A stretch of DNA of 22,100 bases from an uncultured delta proteobacterium (GTDB lineage: Bacteria > Myxococcota > Myxococcia > Myxococcales > Myxococcaceae), in NCBI GenBank assembly GCA_963776345.1, contig CAVZMH010000004.1:1-22100 (forward strand), written 5' to 3'. The position numbers were made by a program, and so were the translations under genes. The notes below the pieces were generated by a model. That model made no database searches. It worked only from the letters and a program-made list of their open reading frames with translations, and was not told the origin of the DNA. This document shows positions 8,122 to 17,421 of the stretch, piece after piece; position 1 is the first letter of the stretch; every line of letters begins with the position of its first letter.

Positions 8122-8837
8122 GGGCAACCCGCGTCCGGCCCGCCCAGGCTTCCACCGAGCCGGAGCACGATGAGGTCGTCCACGGTGGTGGGCTGCAGCC
8201 GGTACGGCGCCTCGCAGTACGCCCGGGCCGTCCCCGGCGCGTCGGTGCCGTCGTCCTGGACGCCGCGGCGGACCAGCTCGGCGACGCACGCCTCGAGCTG
8301 GGCCGGGGTGAGGCAGCCCGAGACCGGGAGCACGCGCACCAGGTGGTACCCCGTGCCGAGCGCCCCGCCCAGCCACCACTCGGTGAGCGAGTTCGGCGGA
8401 ACGTCGGACTCGAGGTACATCACCCAGTGGTCCGCGTCGTAGGTGTAGCTGGCGTTGAACGCCGTGGGCAGGCTGGGCACCTGCTGCGCGGACAGCCCGT
8501 ACGGGACGGCGGCGGCATTGGCGCGGGCCCAGCGCGGCGCCCCGGTGGCGAGCGCGCGGAACGCGGCATCCGGCGGCGGCGTGTAGAGCCGGAGGATGAA
8601 GCTGGCCGGGAAGCCGGAGGTGACCGGCGCCCGCGTGGCGAGCTCCTGGTCCTCGGTCCCCGGAGGCGGCCCACGCTGCCAGAGCATCGCCGCCTCGAGC
8701 GGAGGCAGCGCGCCCGTGCTCTCGACGCGGCCGCGCAGGGTGACCAGTGGCTCGCCCTGGTAGCCGGGGTCGGTCTGGGCGTCGCAGGCCACCAGCGCCG
8801 CCACCGCGACGCCGGTCAGTGCCGCCGCGCGCGTCAT
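8118..8837 (-). CDS. Lipoprotein of unknown function, 239 aa
   Basis: MTRAAALTGVAVAALVAC lipobox followed by DPGYQGEPLVTLRG; four further Cys in the C-terminal third; TGATG coupling to the upstream gene. Confidence 0.85.
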   Translation of the reverse strand: MTRAAALTGVAVAALVACDAQTDPGYQGEPLVTLRGRVESTGALPPLEAAMLWQRGPPPGTEDQELATRAPVTSGFPASFILRLYTPPPDAAFRALATGAPRWARANAAAVPYGLSAQQVPSLPTAFNASYTYDADHWVMYLESDVPPNSLTEWWLGGALGTGYHLVRVLPVSGCLTPAQLEACVAELVRRGVQDDGTDAPGTARAYCEAPYRLQPTTVDDLIVLRLGGSLGGPDAGCP

Positions 8838-10868
8838 CAGTAGGCGAGCGGCGGGAACTTCACGGTCTGCAGCCACGCCGGCAAGCTTGCCACCTTGGCC
8901 GAGCGCACGCCCGCGTCGCTGATCGCGTAGACGAACTGTCCGTCCGCGGAGTCGGCGAGGATGCCGCGGCGGATCCACGGCGACCAGCTCCAGCTCCAGC
9001 CCTCGCCGGACCAGGTCTGGTAGACGTCGGCCATGGAGAGGCTCCCCAGCGCCTGGATGCCGCTCGCCGGGTCGACCTGGAAGAGCCGCAGGTCGGAGAC
9101 GAAGTTGGTGTTCCCATAGTCGGCGAAGGGGATGGCGAGCATCTTCTGCGCGGGGAGCCAGGTGAACGCCTTCGGATCCCACAGCGCGTCCGAGTACGAC
9201 CAGCCCTGACCCACCAGCTGGACGGCCTGCACCGTGGGCGCGGCGAGGTCGGTCACGTCGAGCAGCGCCACCTTCAGCTGCATCATCCCGCCGGTGCCCG
9301 GCTCCCGGCCGATGCCGAGGAGGTGCGTGTCGTCGATGGGATGGAGGTAGGAGATGAAGCCGGGCATCTGCAGCTCACCCACCTTGGTCGGGTGGGCCGG
9401 GTCGGTCAGGTCGAAGGTGAACAGCGGATCCACCTGCCGGGCGGTGATGACGAAGCCGCGCGTGCCGACGAAGCGCGTGCCGAAGGTCTGCTCGTCCGCG
9501 CCGTAGTCGTCGGTCTTCCCGGTGAGCTTCAAGGATCCCGCGTTGAGCCTGAGGACCGAGATGCGGTTCGAGGCCTTCAAGGTGCCCCAGGTCGTGCCGT
9601 CCGCCACCCGGGTGGTGAGGTGGGTGGCCACGCGGAGCGCGCCGCTGAACTCGTCCATCCCGTACTGGTCGCGCACCGTCCCCTCGACGGTCCCCGAGCC
9701 GAGGTACGGAGCGCGGTCCGGATTCGCGCAGGTCGAAGGCGTGCACGTACGTCGCGTCGCTCTGCCCGGGCTCCGGCCACCACCACCAGTGGGCGGTGGC
9801 CACGTAGAGCGTGTCCTTCGAGGCGTAGATCGTCCCCGGCTCGGCGAGCACCGCGGTCCGGCTCTTCAGCGAGTCGGTGGTGAGGTCGACCGTGGCCACG
9901 GTGAGCAGGCCGGGACGGGTCGGGGCGGTGCTGAGCGCGAAGTCGCTGCAGTTGTAGCTGATGGGCGTGGTGCTCCCGCCGGGGATGCGGACCTCGCCCT
10001 TCCGGAGCCAGTCCTCGAGGGAACGGCCGCGGATCAGCGCCTCGTTGGCCGCCTCCAGCGCGTCGAAGGCCTTGTTCCGGTCGTCCGTGCTGGCGCCGGG
10101 CGCGAGGTCGGGCCAGTACTTGAGCCCGTCGGGGTACGGGAAGGTGTCGGACATCACCAGCCGCACGCGCTGATCGATGCGCCGGGCGGACTGGTACGAG
10201 CCGGGGAGGAGGATCTGCGCGGTGACCTTGGGATTGGACATGTTGGTCACGTCGACGGTGGTGATCTCCGTGACGTCGCTCGCCCAGTAGCCGCAGAAGG
10301 CCAAGGCGTCCCCCGGCCCCACCGGCGCGCAGATCGGATGCGTGCCCTCGATCGCCCGGGGGATGTAGACGTTGCTGAAGACCACCACCTGGTTCCCGGC
10401 GAGGAACATCTCCCGCGGCCAGCCGTCGATCGCCAGGCTCGCCGTCTCGGCCATGGCCTGCGGAGGCCACGAGGAGAGGAGGTGCAGCCGGCCGCCGGCG
10501 AGCACGGCGATCCGCGTCCCGTCGTTCTGGACGAAGTCCGCCTCGTCCACCCCGGCGACCTGGGTGTTGGTGGTGCTGACGCTGGTCGGGCCCGCGCCCG
10601 GAGTCGCGGCGACCGGGCCGGCGCCGGCGCCCACCGGCACCCCGCCCACGCCGATGTAGACGTCGCCCTTTCGGATCTGCTCGATGTTGCTCTTCATCTC
10701 GAGCACCAGCGCGTCCTCGATCGCCGACTCGAGCTGGCTGCAGCTCGTGACCTGGGTGAGCCGGGGGCTGCGGTCGACGCCCAGGGGGGTGGGGATGGGG
10801 TTGCTCGACGAGCTCGAGCACGCGGCAAGGAGGCAGAGAAGCGGGGCAGCCAGGGCTGAACGGGTCAT
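8837..10868 (-). CDS. Beta-propeller (Beta_propel family) lipoprotein; +1 frameshift at 9723-9724 in this sequence (about 676 aa if repaired)
   Basis: Lipobox LLAAC; family motifs STTNTQVAGVDEADFVQNDG, GSYQSARRI, IYAS...LYVA, DQYGMDEF.G.LRVAT, RQVDPLFTFDL.DP, GELQMPGFISYLHP, WDPKAF. Removing one base joins AFDLR-DPDRAPYLGSGTVEG. Confidence 0.9.
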
Positions 10869-10901
10869 GCGGATCTCCAGGAATGCTCTTCGCACAGCCC
10901 C

Positions 10902-10929
10902 TTGGACCCCGAGCGGCCCATTTGTGGCA
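10902..10929 (-). promoter_or_regulatory. Candidate ECF-type promoter heading the five-gene cassette
   Basis: TGCCACA-N15-GTCCAA about 34 nt upstream of ATG 10868; bipartite ECF-like look only. Confidence 0.3.
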
Positions 10930-10945
10930 AAGCCCCGGAAGGTCG

Positions 10946-10962
10946 TACCCCTACCTACCCCT
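10946..10962. repeat. TACCCCT direct repeat with 10-bp period, possible regulator site
   Basis: TACCCCT at 10946-10952 and 10956-10962; fits the NarL-type heptamer TACYYMT. Confidence 0.35.
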
Positions 10963-11003
10963 CGGGGAGCCGGGCGACGTGCAGCCATCGGCCCGCGCCG
11001 GGG

Positions 11004-12461
11004 TCAGATCCCCGCGTCCGCGCCGGCAGGGGACGCCGGCGGCGGGAGCGGGAGCAGGTCGGCCGGCCGGCTCGGGAAATCTCTGAGTCGCGCCGGGTCG
11101 ACGATCACCACGCGGCCGCGATCGTCGCGGACGAAGGTCCCCGCGGGCTTCTTCGCCGGTCCTCCCAGGGCGATGCTCCCCAGCGCCTTCCCGTCCTTCC
11201 CCTCGAGGGTGACGGTGCGGGCGGTCGGCCCCAGGCCGGTGGCCTTGGCGTCGGACGGCAGCCTCTCGTCCGTCGCCTCGGCGCGGAGCGACGTCAGGCC
11301 GTAGAGGAGGGAGCTCGCCTTGAAGCCCTCGGCCACGCCCTCGGTCGGGGCGCGGAGCCGCCAGCTCTCCGCTCCGCCGTCGGCCGGGCGCTCGCGCTCC
11401 AGGACCAGGGCCTGCGCACCGGTGCCGAGCCGGATGCGCGTGACGTCCTCGGGCTTCACGTGGAGCACGGTGCGGTCGCGCAGCTCGGCCGGGCTCTTGT
11501 CGAGCGCGGCGAGCGCGCTCCGGGGGACCTCCGCCAGCGCCGACCCGAACTGGTCCTCGCGGAGCGCATAGACCGGGTCGGTGTCGCCCTTGCCCGCGGC
11601 GAGCCGCACCCGCACCGTCTCGGTGGTGCCGCGGTGAAACGTCGCCTCCACCGCCGGCTTCTCGACGCCGGTGCGCTTGCGCTCCGCGGGCGAGTCCGCG
11701 AGGTAGCGGGTGGCCTTGGTCCCGCGCAGCGTGCCCAGCCAGCTGGAGATGGCGTTGGTGTCCGCCTCCTCCTTCACCGGACGGACGAAGGCGTACGGCT
11801 GCCCGGGCTCGCGCGCCACGGCCCAGTCGTGCGTCTTCCCGCGGACCTCGATGCCGGTCACCCCGAGGTCGCGGACGGCGAGCAGGTCGCGGTCGCGGAG
11901 GTCGAAGGTCCCCTTGTCCAGGCTGGCGCGCGTCGAGGCGTCGACGGCGTAGACCTTCGGATCTCCCTCGCGCTGGAGGTAGGCGCTCGCGTCGTAGGGG
12001 TTCTCGACGCCGAGGCGAACGGTGAGCGGCGGCACGCCGTCGGCCGAGGCGGTGACCTCGACGGCCGGGTGGTCGAGGCCGAACGCCTTGAGAGCTTCCG
12101 CCGTCGGCTTCTCCTCCACGGTGGACCGGATCCGCGCGTACTGGAGCGCCCCCACGATGGCCTCGGCGGTCTGCACGTCGGCCGCGGTCCTCAGGGGCCT
12201 GGTGACGACCCAGGACTGGTCCGGGAGCCGGGCGAGCTCGGTGGTCTCGCCCTTCGCCTTCACCACCAGCCGATCGTAGCGGACCTGCTCGGTGCCGCCG
12301 TCCGGCCGGGACACCGGCTGCACCAGCCGCTCGGCGGCGCGCTTCTGCTCGGCCTCGCGCTCCTCGCCCTTCATCACCCCGAGGTAGGCGTAGAGCCCGA
12401 GCCCCAGGGCCACCACCGCCGCCCCGAGCAGCGTCCAGAGGTTCTTGCTCCTGGCGCTCAT
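11004..12461 (-). CDS. DUF4340 domain membrane-anchored protein, 485 aa
   Basis: N-terminal TM helix; three repeats of the W..P...AD......L..L......GL..P pattern; usual position after gldG. Confidence 0.88.
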   Translation of the reverse strand: MSARSKNLWTLLGAAVVALGLGLYAYLGVMKGEEREAEQKRAAERLVQPVSRPDGGTEQVRYDRLVVKAKGETTELARLPDQSWVVTRPLRTAADVQTAEAIVGALQYARIRSTVEEKPTAEALKAFGLDHPAVEVTASADGVPPLTVRLGVENPYDASAYLQREGDPKVYAVDASTRASLDKGTFDLRDRDLLAVRDLGVTGIEVRGKTHDWAVAREPGQPYAFVRPVKEEADTNAISSWLGTLRGTKATRYLADSPAERKRTGVEKPAVEATFHRGTTETVRVRLAAGKGDTDPVYALREDQFGSALAEVPRSALAALDKSPAELRDRTVLHVKPEDVTRIRLGTGAQALVLERERPADGGAESWRLRAPTEGVAEGFKASSLLYGLTSLRAEATDERLPSDAKATGLGPTARTVTLEGKDGKALGSIALGGPAKKPAGTFVRDDRGRVVIVDPARLRDFPSRPADLLPLPPPASPAGADAGI

Positions 12462-12462
12462 C

Positions 12463-14034
12463 TCACTTGTTGCGGCGGTTGAGCCAGATCGCCAGGCCGA
12501 CGCCGAGGAGCCCGAAGGGCACCAGGTCCGTGGCCAGGAAGCGGATGCGGGCCAGCCGCGGCGCGTCCAGGTCGATGGTGGAGATGTCCCGGTCCGGCGG
12601 GCGGATGGTGATCTTCTGCACCTGGCTCGTCGCCCAGGCGAAGGCGTTCATCACCATGTTCCGGTTGGGCTCGTCGCCCCAGTTCGGGTCGACCAGGATC
12701 TCCGAGTCTCCGAACGCGACCAGCCGCATCTCGTCGTTCCGCTTCCCCTCGGCGCTGCCGACGTTGCGGGTGGACTGGAGGATGAGCGGGATGCTGCCCG
12801 CCTTGTCGCCGCTCTGGCGCTGCGGGTTCTCGGTGGGCGTCTTCACCTCGAAGCCGTTGGGGGAGGTGAGGAGCACCGGAGCGACCTGGGTGCCCTCGGC
12901 CAGGCCCTCGTGCAGCGCGGTCAGGCCGCGCACGGTCGGGAACTGGAGGTTGTACTGGGCCTTCTTGAGGTCGCGCGCCAGCTCGGTGTCGCCGAAGAAG
13001 TGCGAGACCACGAGGTACGGGCTGTCGATGGCGTAGACGTCGTCGGCCACCAGCCCCGGGTCCACCTGGATGCCGTAGCGAGCGAGCAGGGCGTCCAGGC
13101 CGGGCTCGGCGGCGGTCTCGGCGAAGTAGAGCATCCGCCCGCCCTGCTCGAGGTACTTCCCGAGCTGCTCCGCCTCCGCCTTCCCGAACTTGCTCCGCGC
13201 GCCGGCCACCACCACCAGCGCCGCGTCCTTCGGGATCTCCTTGCCGTCGGCGAGGTTGATGGTGCTCGGGACGTAGCCTTCCTGGAGCAGCGTCTTCCGC
13301 AGCTCGCTCAGCGATGCCGGGTCCCGCGGCTGCGACGGCTCGAGCGGCCACTCGCCGTGGCCGGTGGTGAAGTAGATCTTCTGCTCGCCGACCGCATTCA
13401 GCTTGATCAGCGCGTTGGTGAGGTCCTGCTCGGTGACCCCGTTGGAGACCGAGACCGTGGTGTGGTTCTCCTTGTCCCCGGCGCCGCGGGTGAGGACCAG
13501 CGTCGTCTGCCCCTCGCGGAGCTGGTACTTCTGCGCGAGGTCCGGGGCCTTCCGCGGGTCCTTGAACACCACCTCGAAGCGATCCGGCGCCTGCTCCCGG
13601 TAGCGCTGGAGCAGCCGGTCCACCTGCTCGTAGTCGGGGTCGCTCGGAGCGAGGAAGGCGTAGGCCCGCACCTTCTCCTTGAGCGAGCCGAGCGTCGTCT
13701 TGGTCTGGGGCGCGAGGGTGAAGATCTTCTTGGTGGTGAGGTCCCAGCTCTTCCCCTTCCTGGCGACCACGTAGTTCACGGCCACCAGCGCCACGAGCAC
13801 CACCAGGACCGTGGCGATGGTCGACACCAGGTAGAAGGTGCTCCGGCGCGAGGCGAACTGGCCGAACTCACCGAGGTTGGTCGCGAAGTACGCCCCCACC
13901 AGGAGGACGCCCAGGATCGCCTTCACCGCCGCCATCCACGGCGAGCCGGTGGTCACGAAGTAGGTGTAGGGGGCCGAGAGCAGCGCCACCAGTCCCAGTG
14001 CCCCGAGGATCTTTCCCAGCGTTCGCAGGTTCAT
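12463..14034 (-). CDS. GldG-family ABC-type auxiliary component, 523 aa
   Basis: WDLT....FTLAPQT...L..L, DPRKAP, EQDLTNALIKL, KIYFTTGHGE, VVVAG, YLEQGG, FGDSEI, N.NMVMNAFAW, I.IRP, and a C-terminal TM ending in RRNK. Confidence 0.92.
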   Translation of the reverse strand: MNLRTLGKILGALGLVALLSAPYTYFVTTGSPWMAAVKAILGVLLVGAYFATNLGEFGQFASRRSTFYLVSTIATVLVVLVALVAVNYVVARKGKSWDLTTKKIFTLAPQTKTTLGSLKEKVRAYAFLAPSDPDYEQVDRLLQRYREQAPDRFEVVFKDPRKAPDLAQKYQLREGQTTLVLTRGAGDKENHTTVSVSNGVTEQDLTNALIKLNAVGEQKIYFTTGHGEWPLEPSQPRDPASLSELRKTLLQEGYVPSTINLADGKEIPKDAALVVVAGARSKFGKAEAEQLGKYLEQGGRMLYFAETAAEPGLDALLARYGIQVDPGLVADDVYAIDSPYLVVSHFFGDTELARDLKKAQYNLQFPTVRGLTALHEGLAEGTQVAPVLLTSPNGFEVKTPTENPQRQSGDKAGSIPLILQSTRNVGSAEGKRNDEMRLVAFGDSEILVDPNWGDEPNRNMVMNAFAWATSQVQKITIRPPDRDISTIDLDAPRLARIRFLATDLVPFGLLGVGLAIWLNRRNK

Positions 14035-14037
14035 CGG

Positions 14038-14841
14038 TCAGGCCCAGCGCTGCGCTTCCACCGTCCGGTGGGTGAGCAAGAGGGAGAAGAGGATCACCGA
14101 GGCGAAGAAGACCACGGACTTGAGATCGAGCACCCCGCGGGAGAGCGTGGACAGCTGCGAGCTGAACGAGAGGTGGTTGGCGATGCTGCGCCATGGCTCC
14201 TCGGCGCTCTGGGCGAGGCCGCGCAGCAGCATCCAGGGAAGGAGAACCGCGAAGGTCAGGAACGCCGCGAGCATCTGGCTCTCGGTGAGCGCGGAGACGA
14301 ACATCCCCACCCCGAGGCAGGTGGCGCCCCAGAGGAGGAGCCCACCGAAGCCGAGGGCCACGGTGCTCCACTCCAGCGCCGTCCCGGACTCGCTCGATCC
14401 GAAGAGCGACAGGGTGATGGGGAAGATGATGGTCAGGCCCAGCGTGGCCCAGATCACGCCGACGCCGCCGAGGTACTTGCCGGCCACGATCTCCCAGGGG
14501 CGCACCGGCGCGGTCATCAGGAGCTCGAAGGTTCGGTTGCGCTTCTCCTCGGCGAAGAGCCGCATGGAGAGGAACGGGGCCACGAACAGGGTGATGACCC
14601 CGATCACGTCCCAGAGCTGGACGACGATGCCGTCGGTCAGGTTCTTGAACAGGCCGTACTCGGGGGGGAGCCGCGCCCAGCCGTACACCCGGGCGAGCCC
14701 CTGCACCTCCTTGAAGGTGGCCAGGAGGTTGACGAAGAAGAAGGAGGAGATGCCGAGCATCGCGGTGAAGACCACGTAGGCCCACGGCGTGCTGAAGTAG
14801 ATGCCCAGCTCCTTGCGGGCGATGGCCAGCGCGTTGCGCAT
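14038..14841 (-). CDS. ABC transporter permease, GldF-like, 267 aa
   Basis: IARKEL..YF.TP.AYV, PFLSMRLFAEEKR..TFELLMTAPV...EIV.GKYL, SALTESQ, GVLDL; multiple TM helices. Confidence 0.93.
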   Translation of the reverse strand: MRNALAIARKELGIYFSTPWAYVVFTAMLGISSFFFVNLLATFKEVQGLARVYGWARLPPEYGLFKNLTDGIVVQLWDVIGVITLFVAPFLSMRLFAEEKRNRTFELLMTAPVRPWEIVAGKYLGGVGVIWATLGLTIIFPITLSLFGSSESGTALEWSTVALGFGGLLLWGATCLGVGMFVSALTESQMLAAFLTFAVLLPWMLLRGLAQSAEEPWRSIANHLSFSSQLSTLSRGVLDLKSVVFFASVILFSLLLTHRTVEAQRWA

Positions 14842-14856
14842 GCGGGTCGTGCTCCG

Positions 14857-15591
14857 TCAGGCGGCGGCAGTGAGCTTGAGGAAGATGTCCTCGAGCGAGG
14901 TCTGGTCGCCCTCACCCAGCGCGTGGGCGAGCTTCTTGATCTCGTCGAAGGCCACCATCCGGCCCTGGTTGAGGATCAGCACCCGCTCGCAGGTCATGGT
15001 GACCTCCGAGAGAAGATGGGTGCTGAGGATGACCGTGTGCTGTCCGGCCAGGCCCTTGATGAGCTGGCGGACCTCGGCGCGCTGGCTGGGGTCGAGCCCC
15101 TCGGTCGGCTCGTCGAGGATGAGCACCGGCGGATTGCCCAGCAGGGCCTGGGCGATGCCCACCCGCTGCCGGTACCCCTTGGACAGGTTCTGGATGAGCC
15201 GCTCCATCACCTCGGACACGCCGGTGCCGTGGGCGACGCGCTCCAGCTCCGTGGCCATCTGACCGCGGCGGACGCCCTTGAGGGAGGCGACGAACTTCAA
15301 GTAGCCGCGGACCGTCATCTCCGGGTAGAGCGGCGGCGTCTCCGGCAGGTAGCCGATGCGACGCTTGACCTCGTAGGGCTCCTCGAAGACGTCGAACCCC
15401 GCGACCCTGACCGTCCCGCTCGAGGCGGGGAGGTAGCCGGTCAGGATCTTCATGGTGGTGGACTTCCCGGCGCCGTTCGGCCCGAGAAAACCGAGGATCT
15501 CCCCCTCGGGGACGCTGAACGTCAGGTCCTCCACCGCGATCCGGTCGCGGTACCGCTTGCTGAGCCCGGTGACCTCGATCATCGCCGTCAT
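14857..15591 (-). CDS. ABC transporter ATP-binding protein, GldA-like, 244 aa (alternative start 15582)
   Basis: Walker A GPNGAGKST, signature LSKGYRQR, Walker B LILDEP, H-loop STH. Confidence 0.95.
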   Translation of the reverse strand: MTAMIEVTGLSKRYRDRIAVEDLTFSVPEGEILGFLGPNGAGKSTTMKILTGYLPASSGTVRVAGFDVFEEPYEVKRRIGYLPETPPLYPEMTVRGYLKFVASLKGVRRGQMATELERVAHGTGVSEVMERLIQNLSKGYRQRVGIAQALLGNPPVLILDEPTEGLDPSQRAEVRQLIKGLAGQHTVILSTHLLSEVTMTCERVLILNQGRMVAFDEIKKLAHALGEGDQTSLEDIFLKLTAAA

Positions 15592-15622
15592 CTGACTGTC
15601 GTCCCTCTCAAGCGGGCGCGCG

Positions 15623-15650
15623 ATACTATGGATGGGCACCGGTCTGTCAA
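15623..15650 (-). promoter_or_regulatory. Sigma70-type promoter of the ABC operon
   Basis: TTGACA (15650-15645), N16, TAGTAT (15628-15623), followed by a GAGGG RBS. Confidence 0.7.
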
Positions 15651-15676
15651 CACGCGGGGGACGACGGATCTTTCCG

Positions 15677-15692
15677 TGGCCCGGCCGGTGCA
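15677..15692 (+). promoter_or_regulatory. Candidate sigma54 -24/-12 promoter for aspartokinase
   Basis: TGGCCCGGCCGGTGCA: GG-N10-GC with TGGC and TGCA flanks. Confidence 0.35.
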
Positions 15693-15709
15693 AAGCGATG
15701 GCCCCTGGA

Positions 15710-16867
15710 ATGAGCATCATCGTACAGAAGTTCGGCGGCTCCTCGGTGGCCGACGTGGAGCGGATCCGCAAGGTGGCGGCGCGGGTGGCGGCCAGGCGGG
15801 CCGAGGGGCACCGGCTGGTGGTGGTGGTCTCGGCCATGGGCGACACCACCGACGAGCTGCTCTCGCTGGCCAAGAGGATGTCGGCCGATCCCCCTCGCCG
15901 TGAGCTGGACATGCTGCTCACGTGTGGCGAGCGCATCAGCATGGCCCTGCTCTCGATGGCGCTGCACGAGCTGGGCGTCCCGGCCATCAGCTTCACCGGG
16001 AGCCAGAGCGGCATCATCACCGACGACACCCATGCCCAGGCCCGCATCGTCGAGGTGCGGCCGGTGCGCATCCGCGAGGAGCTGGGGAAGGAGAAGGTGG
16101 TCATCGTCGCCGGCTACCAGGGCGTCTCGCGCAACCGGGAGGTGACCACGCTCGGCCGCGGAGGCAGCGACACCACCGCGGTGGCTCTCGCCGCGGCGCT
16201 GGGGGCCGAGGCCTGCGAGATCTATTCCGACGTGGACGGGGTCTTCTCCGCCGACCCGCGCGTCGTTCCCGAGGCGCGGAAGCTGGAGAGGCTGGACTAC
16301 GGAACGGCGCAGGAGCTTGCCGCGGCGGGCGCGCGGGTGCTCAACGCGCAGGCGGTCGAGTTCGCCCGGAACGCTGGCATCGTCATCGACGCCCGGAGCA
16401 CCCACGGCGGCGGGACCGGCTCGCGCATCGGCCCCGACCCGGCGCCGGTCCGGGCGGTGGCCAGCGACACCGAGGTCCGGGTGCTGGAGGTGCCGGACGG
16501 CCAGCTCGAGCCCTTGCTCCGGAGCCTCGCCGAACAGGAAATCCGGATCCGCCTCGTCGCCGGGACGCGCGACGGGGCAGGGCGGCTGCTCCTGGTCGTC
16601 CCTCTCCAGGACGTGCACGGGGTGGAGGCGTTCGACGCCGGAGCCCGTGCCCTCGGGGTCGAGCCTCGGCCCGGGCTCGGCACGGTGACCCTCGCCGGCC
16701 CGGGCGTGGGAACCGACAGCGCGGTCCTCGCCCGCTGTCTGGCCGCGGCCTCGGGGCTCGGGATCCAGGTCCGCGCGCTCCACGGCTCCCCGCTCCAGCT
16801 GACCTTCGTGGTGGAGTCGGCTCAGGTCCCGGAGCTCGCCCGCGAGCTGCACCGGGCGACCCGCTAG
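15710..16867 (+). CDS. lysC: Aspartate kinase, 385 aa
   Basis: [72 protein letters not shown]-terminal ACT-like region is diverged. Confidence 0.95.
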   Translation: MSIIVQKFGGSSVADVERIRKVAARVAARRAEGHRLVVVVSAMGDTTDELLSLAKRMSADPPRRELDMLLTCGERISMALLSMALHELGVPAISFTGSQSGIITDDTHAQARIVEVRPVRIREELGKEKVVIVAGYQGVSRNREVTTLGRGGSDTTAVALAAALGAEACEIYSDVDGVFSADPRVVPEARKLERLDYGTAQELAAAGARVLNAQAVEFARNAGIVIDARSTHGGGTGSRIGPDPAPVRAVASDTEVRVLEVPDGQLEPLLRSLAEQEIRIRLVAGTRDGAGRLLLVVPLQDVHGVEAFDAGARALGVEPRPGLGTVTLAGPGVGTDSAVLARCLAAASGLGIQVRALHGSPLQLTFVVESAQVPELARELHRATR

Positions 16868-17421
16868 CCAGAGGCCGCCGTCCCCGGGCGCAGGTCGAGC
16901 TCGAATCCGAAGACCTCGAGATTTCCTTGCCGGAAGTCGAGCTCCGGGCTCCTCCGGAACCCGAGCTGCTCGTAGATCCGCCAGGCCGTCTGCATGGCCC
17001 TTGTGGTGTGCAGGACCAGTGCGGACCTGCCCAGCGCTCGCGCGCGCTCGATGCACCGGCCCGCCAGCGCCTTTCCGACCCCGTGGCCTCTCCACTCCGG
17101 CGCGACCGCCAGGAGCCGGATCCCCGCGGCATTCACCCGGGCGGTGGCGCTTCCTCCAGAGCCGTAGTGCGCCATGTCCTCGATGAGATCGGCGCTTCCC
17201 ATGAGCTCGCCCGAGCGCCCGACCGCGGCGAGGATGCAGATGGCGGGGTTGCGGGCGCGTGCCGCCGCGTCCCGCACCATCGCGTAGTAGGCCGGTTGCT
17301 CCCGGGGGCCCGGCATGCCCGGCAGCGCCGCGTAGGCGTCGGCGACGAGCTCGCCGAGCGCCGGAAGCTCCTCCGGCCGGGCGCTCCGGACGGCGAAGTC
17401 GAGCGTGGAATCGCTGGTCAT
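16864..17421 (-). CDS. GNAT family N-acetyltransferase, 185 aa
   Basis: [19 protein letters not shown] (motif A) and [19 protein letters not shown] (motif B); CTAG convergent overlap with lysC. Confidence 0.93.
   Translation of the reverse strand: MTSDSTLDFAVRSARPEELPALGELVADAYAALPGMPGPREQPAYYAMVRDAAARARNPAICILAAVGRSGELMGSADLIEDMAHYGSGGSATARVNAAGIRLLAVAPEWRGHGVGKALAGRCIERARALGRSALVLHTTRAMQTAWRIYEQLGFRRSPELDFRQGNLEVFGFELDLRPGTAASG

Noticed and set aside
12445..15903. 1152-aa plus-strand ORF and many other long antisense or off-frame ORFs (e.g. 1363..2952, 3477..5390, 15922..17718, 20512..21963)
   Set aside because: Shadow ORFs of high-GC coding sequence; they overlap well-supported genes and carry no family motifs
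16903..16908. Another GGATTC (minus strand) as a possible third frameshift, in the GNAT
   Set aside because: The present frame gives a sensible VFGFELDL C-terminus and a tidy stop
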